Below the pieces are notes generated by a model. It saw only the letters and a list, made by a program, of their open reading frames with translations. It was not told the origin of the DNA and searched no databases. This document shows, piece after piece, positions 29,371 through 43,459 of a DNA stretch of 64,000 nt; positions within the stretch are counted from its first letter, which is position 1; each line of letters starts with the position of its first letter. The position numbers and the translations under genes are program-made. The DNA comes from Eledone cirrhosa (taxonomy: Eukaryota), in assembly GCA_964016885.1 (NCBI GenBank), contig OZ024756.1, forward strand, positions 42,222,001-42,286,000, read 5' to 3'.

Positions 29371-30523
29371 TACCACTTATTTTAAGAGGTAGTATTCCTG
29401 CGATAATGAATTTTGTTTAGACATTAAAAACATTATAAATAACAAAAAAAAAAGTAGATTACTAGAAATCCCATGTTATAAAATAAATAGTTGGAGTCGC
29501 GATATGTAATCTAAACGACTAATTCTGGATTTCAAAAAAACCCAGAAATCAACGTAGACATCGTAGAAAAAAATACCGACCCCCCGCTTATTCCACCACC
29601 CTTTATTATTTGGGACCCGAGAGTATGATCTCCTACGTTCTCAATTTAAATCCCGCCGAGGTCACCTTTGCCTTTCATCCTTATGGGATCGATAAAATAA
29701 AGCACTAGTAATTCACTGGGATCGATTTAATTGACTTTGCCCTCCCCCCAAAATTCTGGCCTTGTGCCTATAGTAGAAATCATCCAGTAACGGTAGAGGG
29801 TCGGACGCCATGCTTTCTAGCATAGTTACGTCCCTTTACGGACTGAGTTCAAATCCCGCCGAGGTTAACTTTGCCTTTCATCCTTACGGGGTCGATAAAA
29901 TAAAGTACCAGTAATGCATTGAGATAATTGCTGGCCTTGTGTCAAAAAGTAGAAACAATTATTTTGCAATCGTCATTGCTGTTGGTTTGGTAGTCGATGA
30001 AAAAAGTACCAGTAAAGTACTGGGGCTGGAATCTTCCTCTGTGTCTCTTTCCCATTTCCTCTATCTTTCTTTGGAAGAAATCTGCTGTACTCAGACCTGG
30101 AGAGGGATGGGCTCCACCAGGCTTCAATTGTCCAAGAAACACCGTATGTCAATACACTGGCCCTACCATTCCTCCAAATGTGACGGGATCATACGGACAT
30201 TAATCTGGGCCCCGAGGATACTGAACAAGACTACTACCAAGAAAACAACCCCCACTCCACTAATTATAGAAATGTGTGTCACAGAAAAGAACACTCTAAA
30301 CAAGAAAGATATCCAGATTTCACCTGAAGACATCTTGGCCAAACCTGTTTCAAGGCAAGAAAGGTCAGCCAATACTTTAGGGGTCAGATTTAGAAATATG
30401 TTTTGTGTGTCACTCCCTCTCCCTGTCACTCCCTCTCCCTGTCACTCCCTCTCCCTGTCTGTCTTCTACCTGTCAGTCGCTCTCTATATTTGTGTGTGTA
30501 AATGTATGTATATATTTTTGTGG

Positions 30524-30871
30524 TACACCACCACTACTACCACTTCCACTACTACTACTACCACCACCACCACCACCACTACTACCACCACCACTACCAC
30601 CACCACTACTACCACTTCCACTACTACTACTACCACCACCACCACCACTACTACCACCACCACTACCACCACCACTACTACCACTTCCACTACTACCACC
30701 ACCACTACTACCACTTCCACTACTACCACTTCCACTACTACCACCACCACTACTACCACCACCACCACCACCACTACCACCACCACTACTACCACTACTA
30801 CCACTACTACTACCACCACCACTACTACTACCACCACCACCACCACTACTACTACCACCACCACTACTACC

Positions 30872-30903
<32 letters not shown>

Positions 30904-30985
30904 CACCACCACCACTACCACCACTACCACCACCACCACTACCACCACCACTACTACCACCACCACCACCACTACTACTACCACC
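30524..30985. repeat. (ACC/ACT)n trinucleotide repeat
   Basis: Directly visible. Confidence 0.97.
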
Positions 30986-31354
30986 ATATATCGGAAGACC
31001 AGTTTATCAAGGTTACTACTACGAGGGTCGGTTGAAACGTTCATAGACTGACTATAAAGGAGAGATGCTAAAGCTGTGTAATCTTGCATTAATTTCAACT
31101 CTTCTTATTTATAACTGCATTGTTTCTTTTCAATGACTGTTGAAAAATAAACCTCATTTAGTCATTCCATGAGAGTATCTTGGTCAGCCCATGAACTTTT
31201 CAGCCGACCCTTGTATATCACACAAATTACAAAGATACTGAAGTTACCTCCCTTGCTTTCTAAGGGAGGTAATTCCATTGCTTGATTATATATAAAATTT
31301 AATTATTACAAATTTGAATCAAACTAGTCAGTACTACACCTCTCTAGTTGGTCT

Positions 31355-31617
31355 TAATATTAATAGTAGTAACACCAACCCTATATAACACTCATGTCTA
31401 CCTCTCTGGGGTCTGTCACCTGGGTGGCCTCCTAGCTGGTCTTAATAGTAACACCAACCCTATATAACACTCATGTCTACCTCTCTGGGGTCTGTCACCT
31501 GGGTGGCCTCCTAGCTGGTCTTAATAGTAACACCAACCCTATATAACACTCATGTCTACCTCTCTGGGGTCTGTCACCTGGGTGGCCTCCTAGCTGGTCT
31601 TAATAGTAACACCAACC
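31355..31617. repeat. ~79-bp tandem repeat x3
   Basis: taacaccaaccctatataacactcatgtctacc... Confidence 0.9.
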
Positions 31618-31711
31618 TTTTATGAACATATTTTTGTAAAACACATTCTTGGTTCATGTTGATTCAATGTGAAGATCTACGAAGAATCGATATATTTGTA
31701 ACATAGATGCA

Positions 31712-32616
31712 AGCATGGCTGTGTTGTTAAGGTGTTCACTTCACAACATAGGTGTAGGTATGGCTGTGTTGTTAAGGAGTTCACCTCACAACATAGGTGT
31801 AGGTATGGCTGTTGTTAAGGAGTTCACCTCACAACATAGGTGTAGGTATGGCTGTGTTGTTAAGGAGTTCACCTCACAACATAGGTGTAGGTATGGCTGT
31901 GTTGTTAAGGAGTTCACCTCACAACATAGGTGTAGGTATGGCTGTGTTGTTAAGGTGTTCACTTCACAACATAGGTGTAGACATGGCTGTGTTGTTAAGG
32001 TGTTCACTTCACAACATAGGTGTAGACATGGCTGTGTTGTTAAGGTGTTCACCTCACAACATAGGTGTAGGTATGGCTGTGTTGTTAAGGAGTTCACCTC
32101 ACAACATAGGTGTAGACATGGCTGTGTTGTTAAGGAGTTCACCTCACAACATAGGTGTAGGTATGGCTGTGTTAAGGTGTTCACTTCACAACATAGGTGT
32201 AGACATGGCTGTGTTGTTAAGGTGTTCACTTCACAACATAGGTGTAGACATGGCTGTGTTGTTAAGGTGTTCACCTCACAACATAGGTGTAGGTATGGCT
32301 GTGTTGTTAAGGTGTTCACTTCACAACATAGGTGTAGACATGGCTGTATTGTTAAGGTGTTCACTTCACAACATAGGTGTAGACATGGCTGTGTTGTTAA
32401 GGTGTTCACCTCACAACATAGGTGTAGGTATGGCTGTGTTGTTAAGGTGTTCACTTCACAACATAGGTGTAAACATGGCTGTGTTGTTAAGGAGTTCACC
32501 TCACAACATAGGTGTAGGTATGGCTGTGTTGTTAAGGTGTTCACTTCACAACATAGGTGTAGACATGGCTGTGTTGTTAAGGTGTTTACTTTACAACATA
32601 GGTGTAGGTATGGCTG
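31712..32616. repeat. 42-bp minisatellite, ~21 copies
   Basis: atggctgtgttgttaaggtgttcacttcacaacataggtgtagg. Confidence 0.97.
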
Positions 32617-32629
32617 AAAAGTGTCAAAC

Positions 32630-33080
32630 TAACCACGGAGCTTGAGGCAATCCAGCGAAGCTACACCAAGAGGATTGCGACGATGAAGGAGATAAGCTAC
32701 TGGGAGAGGCTAAAAGAACTGAACCTCTACTCCTTGGAACGTAGAAGGGAGAGGTAAGCAGTGATCTACATGTGGAAAATCCTGGAGGGACTACCACCAA
32801 ACTTTGGCATTGGGACCTGGACCAACTGTCGAACAGGACATCACTGTGTAGTGCCAAAGGCCCAGTCTTCCACATCTAGAATAAGGAGCCGATATTGCAA
32901 TAGCCTGGGATTCAAGGGCCCTCAACTCTTGAACAAGCTGCTGAGGGATCTGAGAGATCTACATGGTGTGGATGTCTTCAAGAAACATCTCGACACCTTG
33001 CTATCCAGGATCCCGGATGAGCCCACAGCAAGACATGACGGAAACCTAAGGGCAGCAGCAATGAACTCCCTCTTGCACTA
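32630..33080 (+). pseudogene. CR1/L2-group LINE ORF2 3' end relic
   Basis: SYWERLKELNLYSLERRRER, IYMWKILEG, GPQLLN.L..DLR, FKKHLD.LLS.IPDEP; contains frameshifts and stops. Confidence 0.8.
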
Positions 33081-33628
33081 GTGGCCAACCAATACAGGCT
33101 GGAGATAAAATGTGTAGCAACAAGGGCAGTGCCCCAGCATGGCCTCAGCCGGATGGTTGGAACAGGTAAAAGAGTAAAAAGAGTATACACACACACACAA
33201 TATATATATATATATATAACTAAATCCCTTCAAGGCAGTGCTCCAGCATGGCTGTTAGTCATGAATCCAGGAAAGGAATAAAACAAAACAACTCATATTT
33301 TATAGATTTCAAAAGTATTTTATTTTTGGAATTTGTTAAGTTCATATATTTATTATATATTGATTTTTCTTATATTGATTTCATTGAACCCTCCTGTAAA
33401 TAATGCGACCTTTCTCTCTCACTTCACTAGTGTGGCTTAATATAGACAAGTCATAAAAAGGTACATAAAAATGATAGTGTGTCTTATAACAGAAGACTAA
33501 TGATATTGTAATAATTTTGGTCCCTTCTGTGTGTGTCCTGTTTAGAATAACTACATCGTAGCTCTACATACATGGTTATCACAAGGAAGGGTATCACAAG
33601 GTTATCACATGGAAGGGTATCCAAATGT

Positions 33629-33857
33629 TTAACCCTTTAGCATTCAAACCGGCCGTACCCGGTCAGAAATGTCACACCTCTTTCTGTTCAAACCGGCTGT
33701 AACTGGCCACTCATACTGATGTTAAGGTATTGTTCTCAAGATAAATAACATCAAAATCTCATAGATTCGATATTATATGAGATAATTATATAAGATAAAG
33801 TGTTTACTACCAAAATACAATAGTATATATAGAGTAATGTGAATGCTAAAGGGTTAA
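33629..33857. mobile_element. piggyBac-type MITE
   Basis: TTAA-CCCTTTAGCATT ... AATGCTAAAGGG-TTAA; siblings at 52376-52760 (with nested SINE) and 61471-61699. Confidence 0.85.
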
Positions 33858-34523
33858 GAAGCCTGCCATGGGGCTCTGCAAGGATAACCCCTCTTAACAG
33901 GGTAAATGGCTTTACATGCTCATTGTTATTGTTTAATATAAGTACCATAGTATGTGAGTCATTAAAACTGACACTGATTAAAGTCAACTGAAGTTCTCAC
34001 TCTTCCCAAGCAGAAATATATTAGGTTAACTGAAGCGAATCACTCGTATCAGGCAATCGCTCTCTTTCCTCTGTCTATAATGACAATGAATGATTTCTCT
34101 ATCCACTGACTCTTCATCAAACCAACATTGATTATATGAAAACATTGAAAGCAATGGCAACTTCCTCTCACAATGAAATTGTTTCCTCTTATAAACAATA
34201 GATATGTTTATTGCTCGGACTTTCCATGGAAATTCTAATGCCATCTCCTTATAACAGCACGTTATCACAAAAGGTGGTATAACTCTACACCTAAGCAGCC
34301 TCCTTGCTGCCTGAAACGACTGTAGTACCAGAGTATACCACACATTCACAAAAAAACAAACCTCCCCCAAAACAGCAATGGTAACTGGTTTGGATTTTCT
34401 GGCTAGACGATCAGGTGCTCGAACTGAAAGTACCTTTGTAAAAAATTTATTTTTAGCTAAACATCACTGTGTTTAAGCTATTACAAATTTCATTTGGTGC
34501 CTAAAATGAAAAAATATAATATG

Positions 34524-35330
34524 TCATTCAAAAACTTCATAGTATGATGGAGCAGATGGTTCTAGCCGTGTATACAAATATGGAGTTTCCTCTTCCATGC
34601 TGTAAGAATGCATAAGGTTTGCTGCATTATATCTGTACTGTGTATCTGGAACACTAGCTCTTGCAGTTATGATACTGTGGTAATTTAGATTTGCTTCTGC
34701 CTGTGTGGGAATAGTCTGTGGATTTGCCCCAGGAATATTTTGCAAAGCTTTGCAATACTTGTTACATTTATGTAACTTTGAGAATGTTTTGGCATTTACA
34801 GGAATTGTATCTGCACCTGTTATAACAATGTGATTTTTACCATAATAAAATCCTTGGAATTTAACCAGCATTGTCTTCTGTTTAGATTCTAAGTAGGTAT
34901 AATGTGAAATTGCATCAAGCTCTAGATTTAATAACCTTTCTTCTGGACAAGCTTTTTTATAGTGATCAATGATCACCGTTTCATACGATTGGAGTTTCCT
35001 ACCAAATACATTCGTAATAAAACAAATTCTGTCAATTTCTGCGCATGTAGTATCTGGAACTTGAAACAATGTCTTTTGAAAGTGAGATGCAAAATATGAT
35101 TGCGCCCTCTGGAGTAATTCTCTCGTTTTCAAATAACTCTCCCAGTTACTTTCACGACCTACTTGGTTTTTCACGACTCGTATTACACACTTGCTTCCAC
35201 GTAATTTACCAGATCCTTCAAGAACTGCATCATACAACAGGTGCTTTGTCGTCTTCACAGACGATTTGTATGTGAAATTCGCATAGTAATTTCCACCACC
35301 ATATGCAAAGGACAGAGTTTCATTATCCAT
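34524..35330 (-). CDS. Alpha-kinase-fold (vwkA/eEF2K-like) protein, probable pseudokinase, 268 aa
   Basis: Acceptor ttctctgcag at 35341, then ATG 10 nt into the exon. LEGSGKLRGSKCVIR, LDAISHYTYLES..MLVKFQG, HKCNKYC align by eye to alpha-kinase AFSHFTY..S..VVDLQG..HxCNxxC. Confidence 0.75.
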   Translation of the reverse strand: MDNETLSFAYGGGNYYANFTYKSSVKTTKHLLYDAVLEGSGKLRGSKCVIRVVKNQVGRESNWESYLKTRELLQRAQSYFASHFQKTLFQVPDTTCAEIDRICFITNVFGRKLQSYETVIIDHYKKACPEERLLNLELDAISHYTYLESKQKTMLVKFQGFYYGKNHIVITGADTIPVNAKTFSKLHKCNKYCKALQNIPGANPQTIPTQAEANLNYHSIITARASVPDTQYRYNAANLMHSYSMEEETPYLYTRLEPSAPSYYEVFE

Positions 35331-35404
35331 GTTGGAGAACCTGCAGAGAAAAAGATAAGGAGTGAAAATAAACAAAATAGGAAACACTGCAGATGGAGAG
35401 ATAT

Positions 35405-35435
<31 letters not shown>

Positions 35436-35625
35436 CATTTAGGTTTGTTGGTTCACCATTGGATAGAACAGGTCATTCCATATAGTCAACCTTCATGTAA
35501 TATTAGGGAGAGCACTCAACGTAATGCAACTCACCTGTCTTCGTTTGTGTTGTTGGTGCGAGTACAGAGTTAATTATTATTATAAAATAAGAGGCTGGAC
35601 TGGTGTAATTCCTCAAAGGTTTATT

Positions 35626-35683
35626 ATACTATGAACATTTCAATGACCGGGTTCAGTATGAATCTGGTGACATCATCAGGTAT
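35626..35683 (-). ncRNA. Hammerhead ribozyme (family of 20193)
   Basis: Near-identical reverse complement of 20193-20250. Confidence 0.75.
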
Positions 35684-35779
35684 TCCAAAATTTAATAAAG
35701 GAATATAATACACACAATCCAAGGGGCTGAAAAGCTGAGAGATACCCAAGACGAGAAGGCGGCCAAAAATTAGCAGTTG

Positions 35780-35815
<36 letters not shown>

Positions 35816-36549
35816 GGAGGAGCTTCTGATTCCAGAGTCATGTTCGATTATTAATAGATCATTCCTCGAGCTGATCGACAGTGAAACATATGTAATATCT
35901 AATTAAATATGTATATGATGCAATACTGATTTTTTGTTCCTTTATATATTAATACTATTGATACTCTGCTCCACAAGAGCATTGAGTGCTTCTTTCCCCT
36001 TCCTTTTCCGTTTTTAAATGTTTGTAGTGTTTTTTTTTCTAATTATTTTCAAGTCATTTATTCATCTAGTTACTTATTATTTTATTCAAGGAATGTTTAG
36101 GACATAAATGATATTTGTACTGGGATAAAACAGTGGATATTCTATTCCCCACGGATGTATCAATGACATTACTAACTGTTTATAATTCTTACAGAATTAA
36201 AATACAAACACAAATATAGAAACGTCTAAAGTAAAATGGTAGCATGTTGACACCGACACTTCCACTTCAGGAGATTATCAGAGAAATTCTCTATGCACTA
36301 AATATCTTTTCTACAGGAATTGTGAAATACTAAAAAAGAATTCTAACATTTTTCTAGTATTTCCTCTAATAATCATAATCTTCAACATCTGATATTTATC
36401 TATCTCTGTAGAAGAATAAGCATTAGTATTGTGAGGAAACAATGTATGTTGTGTGGGTGGCAGGACTAAATTACAGTTATATATATTATATATATAATAT
36501 ATATAATATAATATAATATATATATATAATATTATATATATATACAAAA

Positions 36550-36709
36550 ACAAAGAAAGTGTGGTAAGAAACCAGGTGGACCAAAACGCATCAGAGTACT
36601 CAATACTTAGGGTAGTAGAGTGTGTAATAGGAAAAGAATCAGAACCCCAACGGTTGAGCTCTGGCTGTCGAAACGGCCGGAGCTCAGCCGTCGGGGTCCT
36701 CACTATTTT

Positions 36710-36712
<3 letters not shown>
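36550..36712. mobile_element. Dispersed (TA)n-associated repeat family (ggtaataggaaaagagtcaggacccc...), often rearranged as inversions
   Basis: Copies at 37118-37270, 39545-39800, 42750-43125, 46858-46900. Confidence 0.65.
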
Positions 36713-36762
<50 letters not shown>

Positions 36763-38433
36763 AAATAAATTAACGGAGTCATAGACTCGCGTTAGTCTCT
36801 GGTCGTTTTCCCTGTACATAGATAAACACACACTTTCCCTCGTGTGTTATCTTTTCTATATAGTATATATATATATTAAATGTAATCTGAGTTTTTCGAA
36901 TATTAATAACATTCGATTCGTTTGCAATTATGCAAACAAGCCTCATTTTTAAAGCCATGTCAGTAGAATGAACCCTTCAAGGCAGATAAAATTTACCTAA
37001 TTTTTCTTCTTAGTCTGGAGAAATTAACTAAATAAATAATCAATTAAACGGAAGTGAGTATAAAATTTAAGTTTGAAGAAAAAATAGACCACAACTCCTT
37101 CGTTATACATATATATATATGGGTAATAGGAAAAGAGTCAGGATCCAGTTCGGATCTAACTGTCGAAACGGCGGATCTCAGCTGTCGGGGTCCTGACTAT
37201 TCCTATATATATGCACATACATACACACATATAGCTCCGGCCGTATCAACATGTAGATCCGAAATAAGCTAGCGGTATTCACACACACACAGATATATAT
37301 ATATATATATTTTTTAACCGTAGAAATTTAATTTGTTTCATAAATACATTACAAATCGTTTGCAATTCTTTCAGAATGAAAATATAAACAGAGCATATAA
37401 ATAAATTTACAGTAGAATAACATAACAAATATAAAAAACACACAGTTCACGCTGTAATGTGGCCGTGTAGGTAACACTGTAAAAACCTCCCAGTCCACAC
37501 TGTAAACGTGGTTGGTGTTAGGAAGGGCATCCGGCCGTAGCAAACCCGCCAGACAGTCCTATACGAGCAGGACAACCAATCTTGCCTCAAGTGGGAAAAC
37601 TCCCGTCCAAACCCATGCAAGCGTGGAAGATGGACGTTAAACGATGATGATGATGATTATGACACTATATATATATATATATACACACACTATATATATA
37701 TACATATATATATATATACATACACATATATATATACACACATATATATATATACATACACATATATATATACACACACACTATATATATACACACACTA
37801 TATATATACACACACTATATATATATACATATATATATATATATACACACACACTATATATATACATATATATAATCAATCTATCAATATAAGGTTTGTG
37901 ATCTCACTTTATATATATATATATATATAAAGTGAGATCACAAACCTTATATTGATAGATTGATTCGAACACATAACCCTTTCGCTACGAATCATGTTAA
38001 ATAAATAATCAGTTCTATCTTTCTTCTCGAACAAAACAAAACCTAAGTGAAATAACAACATATGAGATAACGTGAAAAAAATAAAAACGGCAAAATACTT
38101 ACATATAGTCGAACTATACCCAAGGGAATTGTTGATTAAAAAAAACTGTTGCTTTTAATAACTGCTACAGACTTTTCTCTGAAACGTTAACTTTGTTTTA
38201 TAAGCAAGTTTAGATTAGCAACAATGTTTATATATTGTAAATGTTTTTCTTTCTGAAGTGAATTCAATGAATACAAAGAGAGTATGTGACTCTGTTTCGT
38301 TTGACAAATTTATATAAAGCACTGTTTGCAAAATCCCATATTCTATTTATAGCCATCAAAAGAAAGACAACTCTTATTGTTATTTATATTTAGCTTTAGC
38401 TTTAAATATACCAAAATTAATTTGACAGGTGCT

Positions 38434-38476
<43 letters not shown>

Positions 38477-38485
38477 TCATTAGTT

Positions 38486-39164
38486 GAAATACCTGACTTT
38501 TAACGGTCTGAAGAATGAAAGTAAATTTATTTTCATTTTCAACATGAAAATGAAACTACATTTATTGTCATTAATTATTTTCATTTTCGATTGTAAATGT
38601 TGTTGTTGTTACTGTCCGTTCTGTTATGGCTTGGTTCAAGCCATAACAGAACGGACTGGGGTTATAAAAAGAGCAGAGAATGAGAACGGATTGGGGTGAA
38701 AAGGGCAGAGAATAGTCTGTTTTTAAAACAAAGCACCACAGGGCATGATTTTACTACAATCTCATATCAAATATGTCTGGACGAGTATATGGTCGCAGTA
38801 CCTTAGCTGATGATATTTTTGATAGAAATGATATCCTTAATCATAATGAAACAATATATACACTAATACCTGCGATACACGGTAACACTTTGTGTGTGTT
38901 ACAGTGGTTGGCGAGACGGCGTTTGTTGGCAGTGTCAATTGTCCTGTTTGTAATGAGACGTGCCGATTGCAGTGGTAAATTTAAATTTTATATGCAACAA
39001 ACGTTTAAATATGTAATTTTTTTTCAACACACACAGAACGGACAGTAACAACAACAACATTTACAATGAAAATAATTAATGACAATAAATGTAGTTTCAT
39101 TTTCATGACGAAAATGAAAATAAATTTACTTTCATTCTTCAGACCGTTAAAAGTCAGGTATGCC
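38486..39164. mobile_element. Non-autonomous DNA transposon with ~130-bp TIRs, possibly Merlin/IS1595-like
   Basis: TIRs 38489-38624 and 39033-39161; internal frameshifted CVLQWLARRRLL..VNCPVCNETC. Confidence 0.6.
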
Positions 39165-39356
39165 TATATATATATATATATATATATATAAATGAAAAGT
39201 ATAGAAATTGTTGTAGCGAGAAGCTAACAGTATTCCATAACATATATATATATATATATTCCATATATATTCCATATATATATATATATATTCCATATAT
39301 ATATGTATATAGATAATATATAAGATCAAAAGATGGTTAACAGAGTTCCATGTATT

Positions 39357-39419
39357 TTATTATGCGCATTTCAAAAACAAATATCATCATGAGATGACAT
39401 TTGCGTTTTCGTCAGATAA
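39357..39419 (-). ncRNA. Hammerhead ribozyme
   Basis: ttat-CTGACGA-aaacgcaaatgtcatc-tcat-gatgatatttgttttt-GAAATGCGCATA-ataa; palindromic helix III ATGCGCAT. Confidence 0.8.
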
Positions 39420-40389
39420 AATAGGGATACATGATATGAAGGTTAAAAACACTTGTGAATAGTACAGTTTTAAATCAACATATCTGCATTGCTTTATTGT
39501 ACTACAATAAAACTCACCTCCTACCATATATATATATATATATATAGGAAAATGTTCAAAACCCCCGGGGTCTTGAACATTTTCCTATTACCCACTCTAC
39601 TACCCAAAGTATTGAGTACTCTGGTGCGTTATGGTCCATCTGGAAAAATGTTCAAGACCCCGAACCAGGTGGACCATAACGCACCAGATTACTCAATACT
39701 TTGGGTAGTAGAGTAGATAATAGGAAAAGAGTCAGGACCTCTACGGCTGAGCTCCGGCCGTTCGACAGCTAGATCTGAGTTCGGATCAGCGTCATCAACA
39801 ACGATGTAGTTTTGTTATTGTTGATAGCTCGGCTTTCTGAAGCATCAGTTGACGCTGGTGTCGATGCTTGGCTATTCCAGTATTTCAGCCTCGCCATCAT
39901 CGATGTTAATAATGGGAATATTTTCTTTCGTGTCGTGTCATCGAAAGGAAAAATCCAGTATTGCGTTTATTTAAAAATAAAAATATATATCTATTTACAA
40001 TAATGAGAGGTACACAAATATATGTGTATACATACATATACATGCATATATACAAGAAGGTGAGATTTTGTGTTGTCAACCTTAACCATTGTTGCTCTAT
40101 GACTATGAGACAAGATAATCGGAATAAGTAATGTATTACATATCAGAGCTATGCAATACATTATAAAGAAAGAAGAAATATTAGACATAAATAAATACCC
40201 ATTTTTTTTTCAAATGTACCTTTTCTTTATAATGTATTATATATCTCTTTATATATTTTTATTTTCCGCTTCATTAAGTTTTAGTTGTAATGGTTTATTT
40301 GTTGCCAATTGTAAATAATCCGTGATAGCAGAGTCATCCATATTGCATAATTTCTATTTTTAAACGTTATATACTTTGCCGTATATAAT

Positions 40390-40688
40390 TACCCTCGGGT
40401 CTCGAACAATACCCCCCCCCCCCCCGCTTATTAAATTTTGCTAATCTATCTCTGGCGAAATTTTATTTTCATTTTCTTCAGACATCAAAAACATTATCCA
40501 TGTCAAAAAAGAAGATTACTAGAAATCCCATGTTATAAATAAATAGGATGGGTTGGGGGTCTGAATATGTAAACTAAACGACTAATTCTGTTTTTTTTTA
40601 AATTTAAATCAACAGAGAAAAACTAGAACAATTATCTATCCTCCTCCCGCTTATTCCAACACCCCTTATTAGTTAGGACCCGAGGGTA
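40390..40688. mobile_element. Tc1/mariner-superfamily MITE
   Basis: TA-CCCTCGGGTC ... GACCCGAGGG-TA; partial sibling at 29415-29626. Confidence 0.7.
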
Positions 40689-41799
40689 TGATCTCCTACG
40701 TTCTCAGTTCAAATCTTGCCGAGGTCACTTTTACCTTTCTTCCTTCTGGGGGTCGATAAAATATAGTACCAGTAACGTACTGAGGTTGATATAATCGACT
40801 CTTTCCCTTCCCTCAAATTGCTGGCTTTGTAGAAAAAATTATATTTATTATTATTTTTTTTTTTTGCAATCCTCATTGCTGTTGGTTTATTTAGTACCCC
40901 CACCCCCGGGAGAAGACCCCTTCCCCCATGACACATGCAAAGGCCACAAAAAAAAAGGGCACTGGAGGTTCCTTGTTCAGGACAGTTAAAAGTAAAGAGC
41001 AGAACATATTTATATAAGTTTCCCATACCATTAGTTTGTGTTGCTCCCTCCTAAAGGCCCAGGTTTTCAGGTGGTGTCATTACAACATCAAACGATGTTT
41101 ACCTGGAATAAGAAAATGTTAACCACCTGATGTTGACCTAATTAGTGTTACGTAAATAGAGTTGTCTTTCTTTAACCATTCCACGATTACAAAGGCGAAG
41201 TATTCGGTAGTGCTTTTCACAACACAGCTTCCTCTTTGCCAGGAATATGACTGTTTAAGATATCTATAAAGTTAAACATCCGAGGTCAACTCTGCCTTTT
41301 ATCCTTTCGAGGTCGATAAAAAATGTACCAGTTTAATACTGGGTCGATTCTTCCTCTATATCTCTTTCTCTCTTCCATTCTCTCACTATCTTCTTCAGTC
41401 TAAATTCTATTGAGGTCAACTTTGTATTTCATCCATTCGAGGTCGATAAAAAAAGTACCAGTCTAATACTGGTGTCGATTTTTTCTCTATATCTCTTTCG
41501 CCCGTTCTCTTTATTTCTCTCTCACTCTCTCTCCTTCTCTGGAAGAAATCAGCTGTGTTCAAAGATGTGGATGGGAAGGACTCAGTCAGGTTTAAAATGC
41601 CCTAGATACGACATATGTTAATACGGTATCCCAACGACTACAACAGGAATTATACTTACATATATACATATATACACACATGCACATACATACATGCATA
41701 TACATACATACATGCACATACGTACATACACTCACATATACATACACTCACATACACATACATTCACATACACATATGCATATACATACATACATTATC

Positions 41800-42560
41800 A
41801 GAGCCTTAGAGAATCTTCTTCCTGGGCCCCTATCCTGAAGTTAAATACATACAAGGAAGACTATATCGTCACTGATAAAATGGAATATCGCAGAGGTTTT
41901 TTCAATAAGGCAGTCTCTCTGAGATGCTATATTGTCAGTAAACCCCTTGTCCTTTATGCTGAGGAAATATAAAGGATATGTAATTGGTTCACAGGAGACT
42001 GGAAACATTAACCCAACACATAGCTTCTTTGTGGATGACCAGAAATTCTATGACTAGAACATAAATAATATGAAGAAAAACCTTGACCTGGTTACAATGT
42101 TCTCGAAAGATATAGGAATGGAGTTTGACCAGGATAAATGTTCCTATATAATTGCAAAGCGAGGAAAAACTACAAGCCAATCTAACATCTCTAGCAATGG
42201 CCAGACTGCTTCACCATATCTGATGAGGACGGCTACAGATAGATAAAACATACATCCTACGATAGAATTTGTAACAAGGAACAATAACAGGGACTATAAC
42301 ATCTGAATAAGAAAAATATGGTCTTTTGAACACTCTACATACAATAAATCAGTGGTCCACAATGTGTTTGTTGTGTTAACACCAACGTTTGAGCTACTTG
42401 GCTGGAGGCGAGATGAGATCAGTCTTTGATGTTAAAACCTGAAAAGTTCTAATTGGCACAGAAAATGTACACATTAACAGTGACACAGACCGCTTCTACC
42501 AGAATGTACAATTGTGGAAAACAGCTGCCAAGCAGATATCAATATAATGCTAAAGATTGG
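41800..42560 (+). pseudogene. Decayed reverse transcriptase of an R4/NeSL-type non-LTR retrotransposon
   Basis: VNPLSFMLRK, THSFFVDDQKFY, FSKDIGMEFDQDKCS; contains stops and frameshifts. Confidence 0.8.
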
Positions 42561-42988
42561 TGAAGAACCTTACACGTTTGCAAACTTTTAAGGCAAAGCT
42601 GCTGATAACATTCTTTAAAGATAAACAGAAAAAAAAAAAGGATTGCAAATTCCTAATTTGTTCTGTAAAAAAAAAAGTGATGAAAGTGAAGAGACGAATG
42701 AGACGTAAGGATTATAAGAAATGATATGAATATATATATATATGTATATAACAAAGAAAGTGTGGTAAGGAACCAGGTGGACCATAACACACCAGAGTAC
42801 TCAATACTTAGGGTAGTAGAGTGGGTAATAGGAAAAGAGTCAGGACCCCGACGGCTCAGCTCCAGACGTTTCGACAATTATTTTTGGACGGGTTCAGAAA
42901 TAGCTGGCGAAAAGGCTTCAAGCTTTGCCTCTGACTCTTTTCCTATTTCCCACTCTACTCCCCGAAGTATCGAGTACTCTGGTGCATT

Positions 42989-43051
<63 letters not shown>

Positions 43052-43300
43052 ATATAATAAGAGTCAAGACCCCGATGGCAGAGCTCAAGCCGTTTCGACG
43101 GCTATTTCTGAACCCGTCCAGAAATATATATATATTATATATATACATACACATTATATATATATATATAAATATAATTGTGTGTGTGTGGAGCTATTTC
43201 CTTTCATATCCTAATTTAATGTTCAGAATCTAAGATTTGGCACTATCCCTGCTGCACTGAACAGGTTCCAAAGCTGTGTGTGTGTGTGTGTGTATGTATG

Positions 43301-43357
<57 letters not shown>

Positions 43358-43459
43358 CCTGGTCACTAGTCACCCCCTCCTCCCTACCTTTCCCCTTTCC
43401 TCCAGAATACATTTACAAAGAATGTAACTGTTTGAAGATAGCTGTCTTGTTGTAACATG

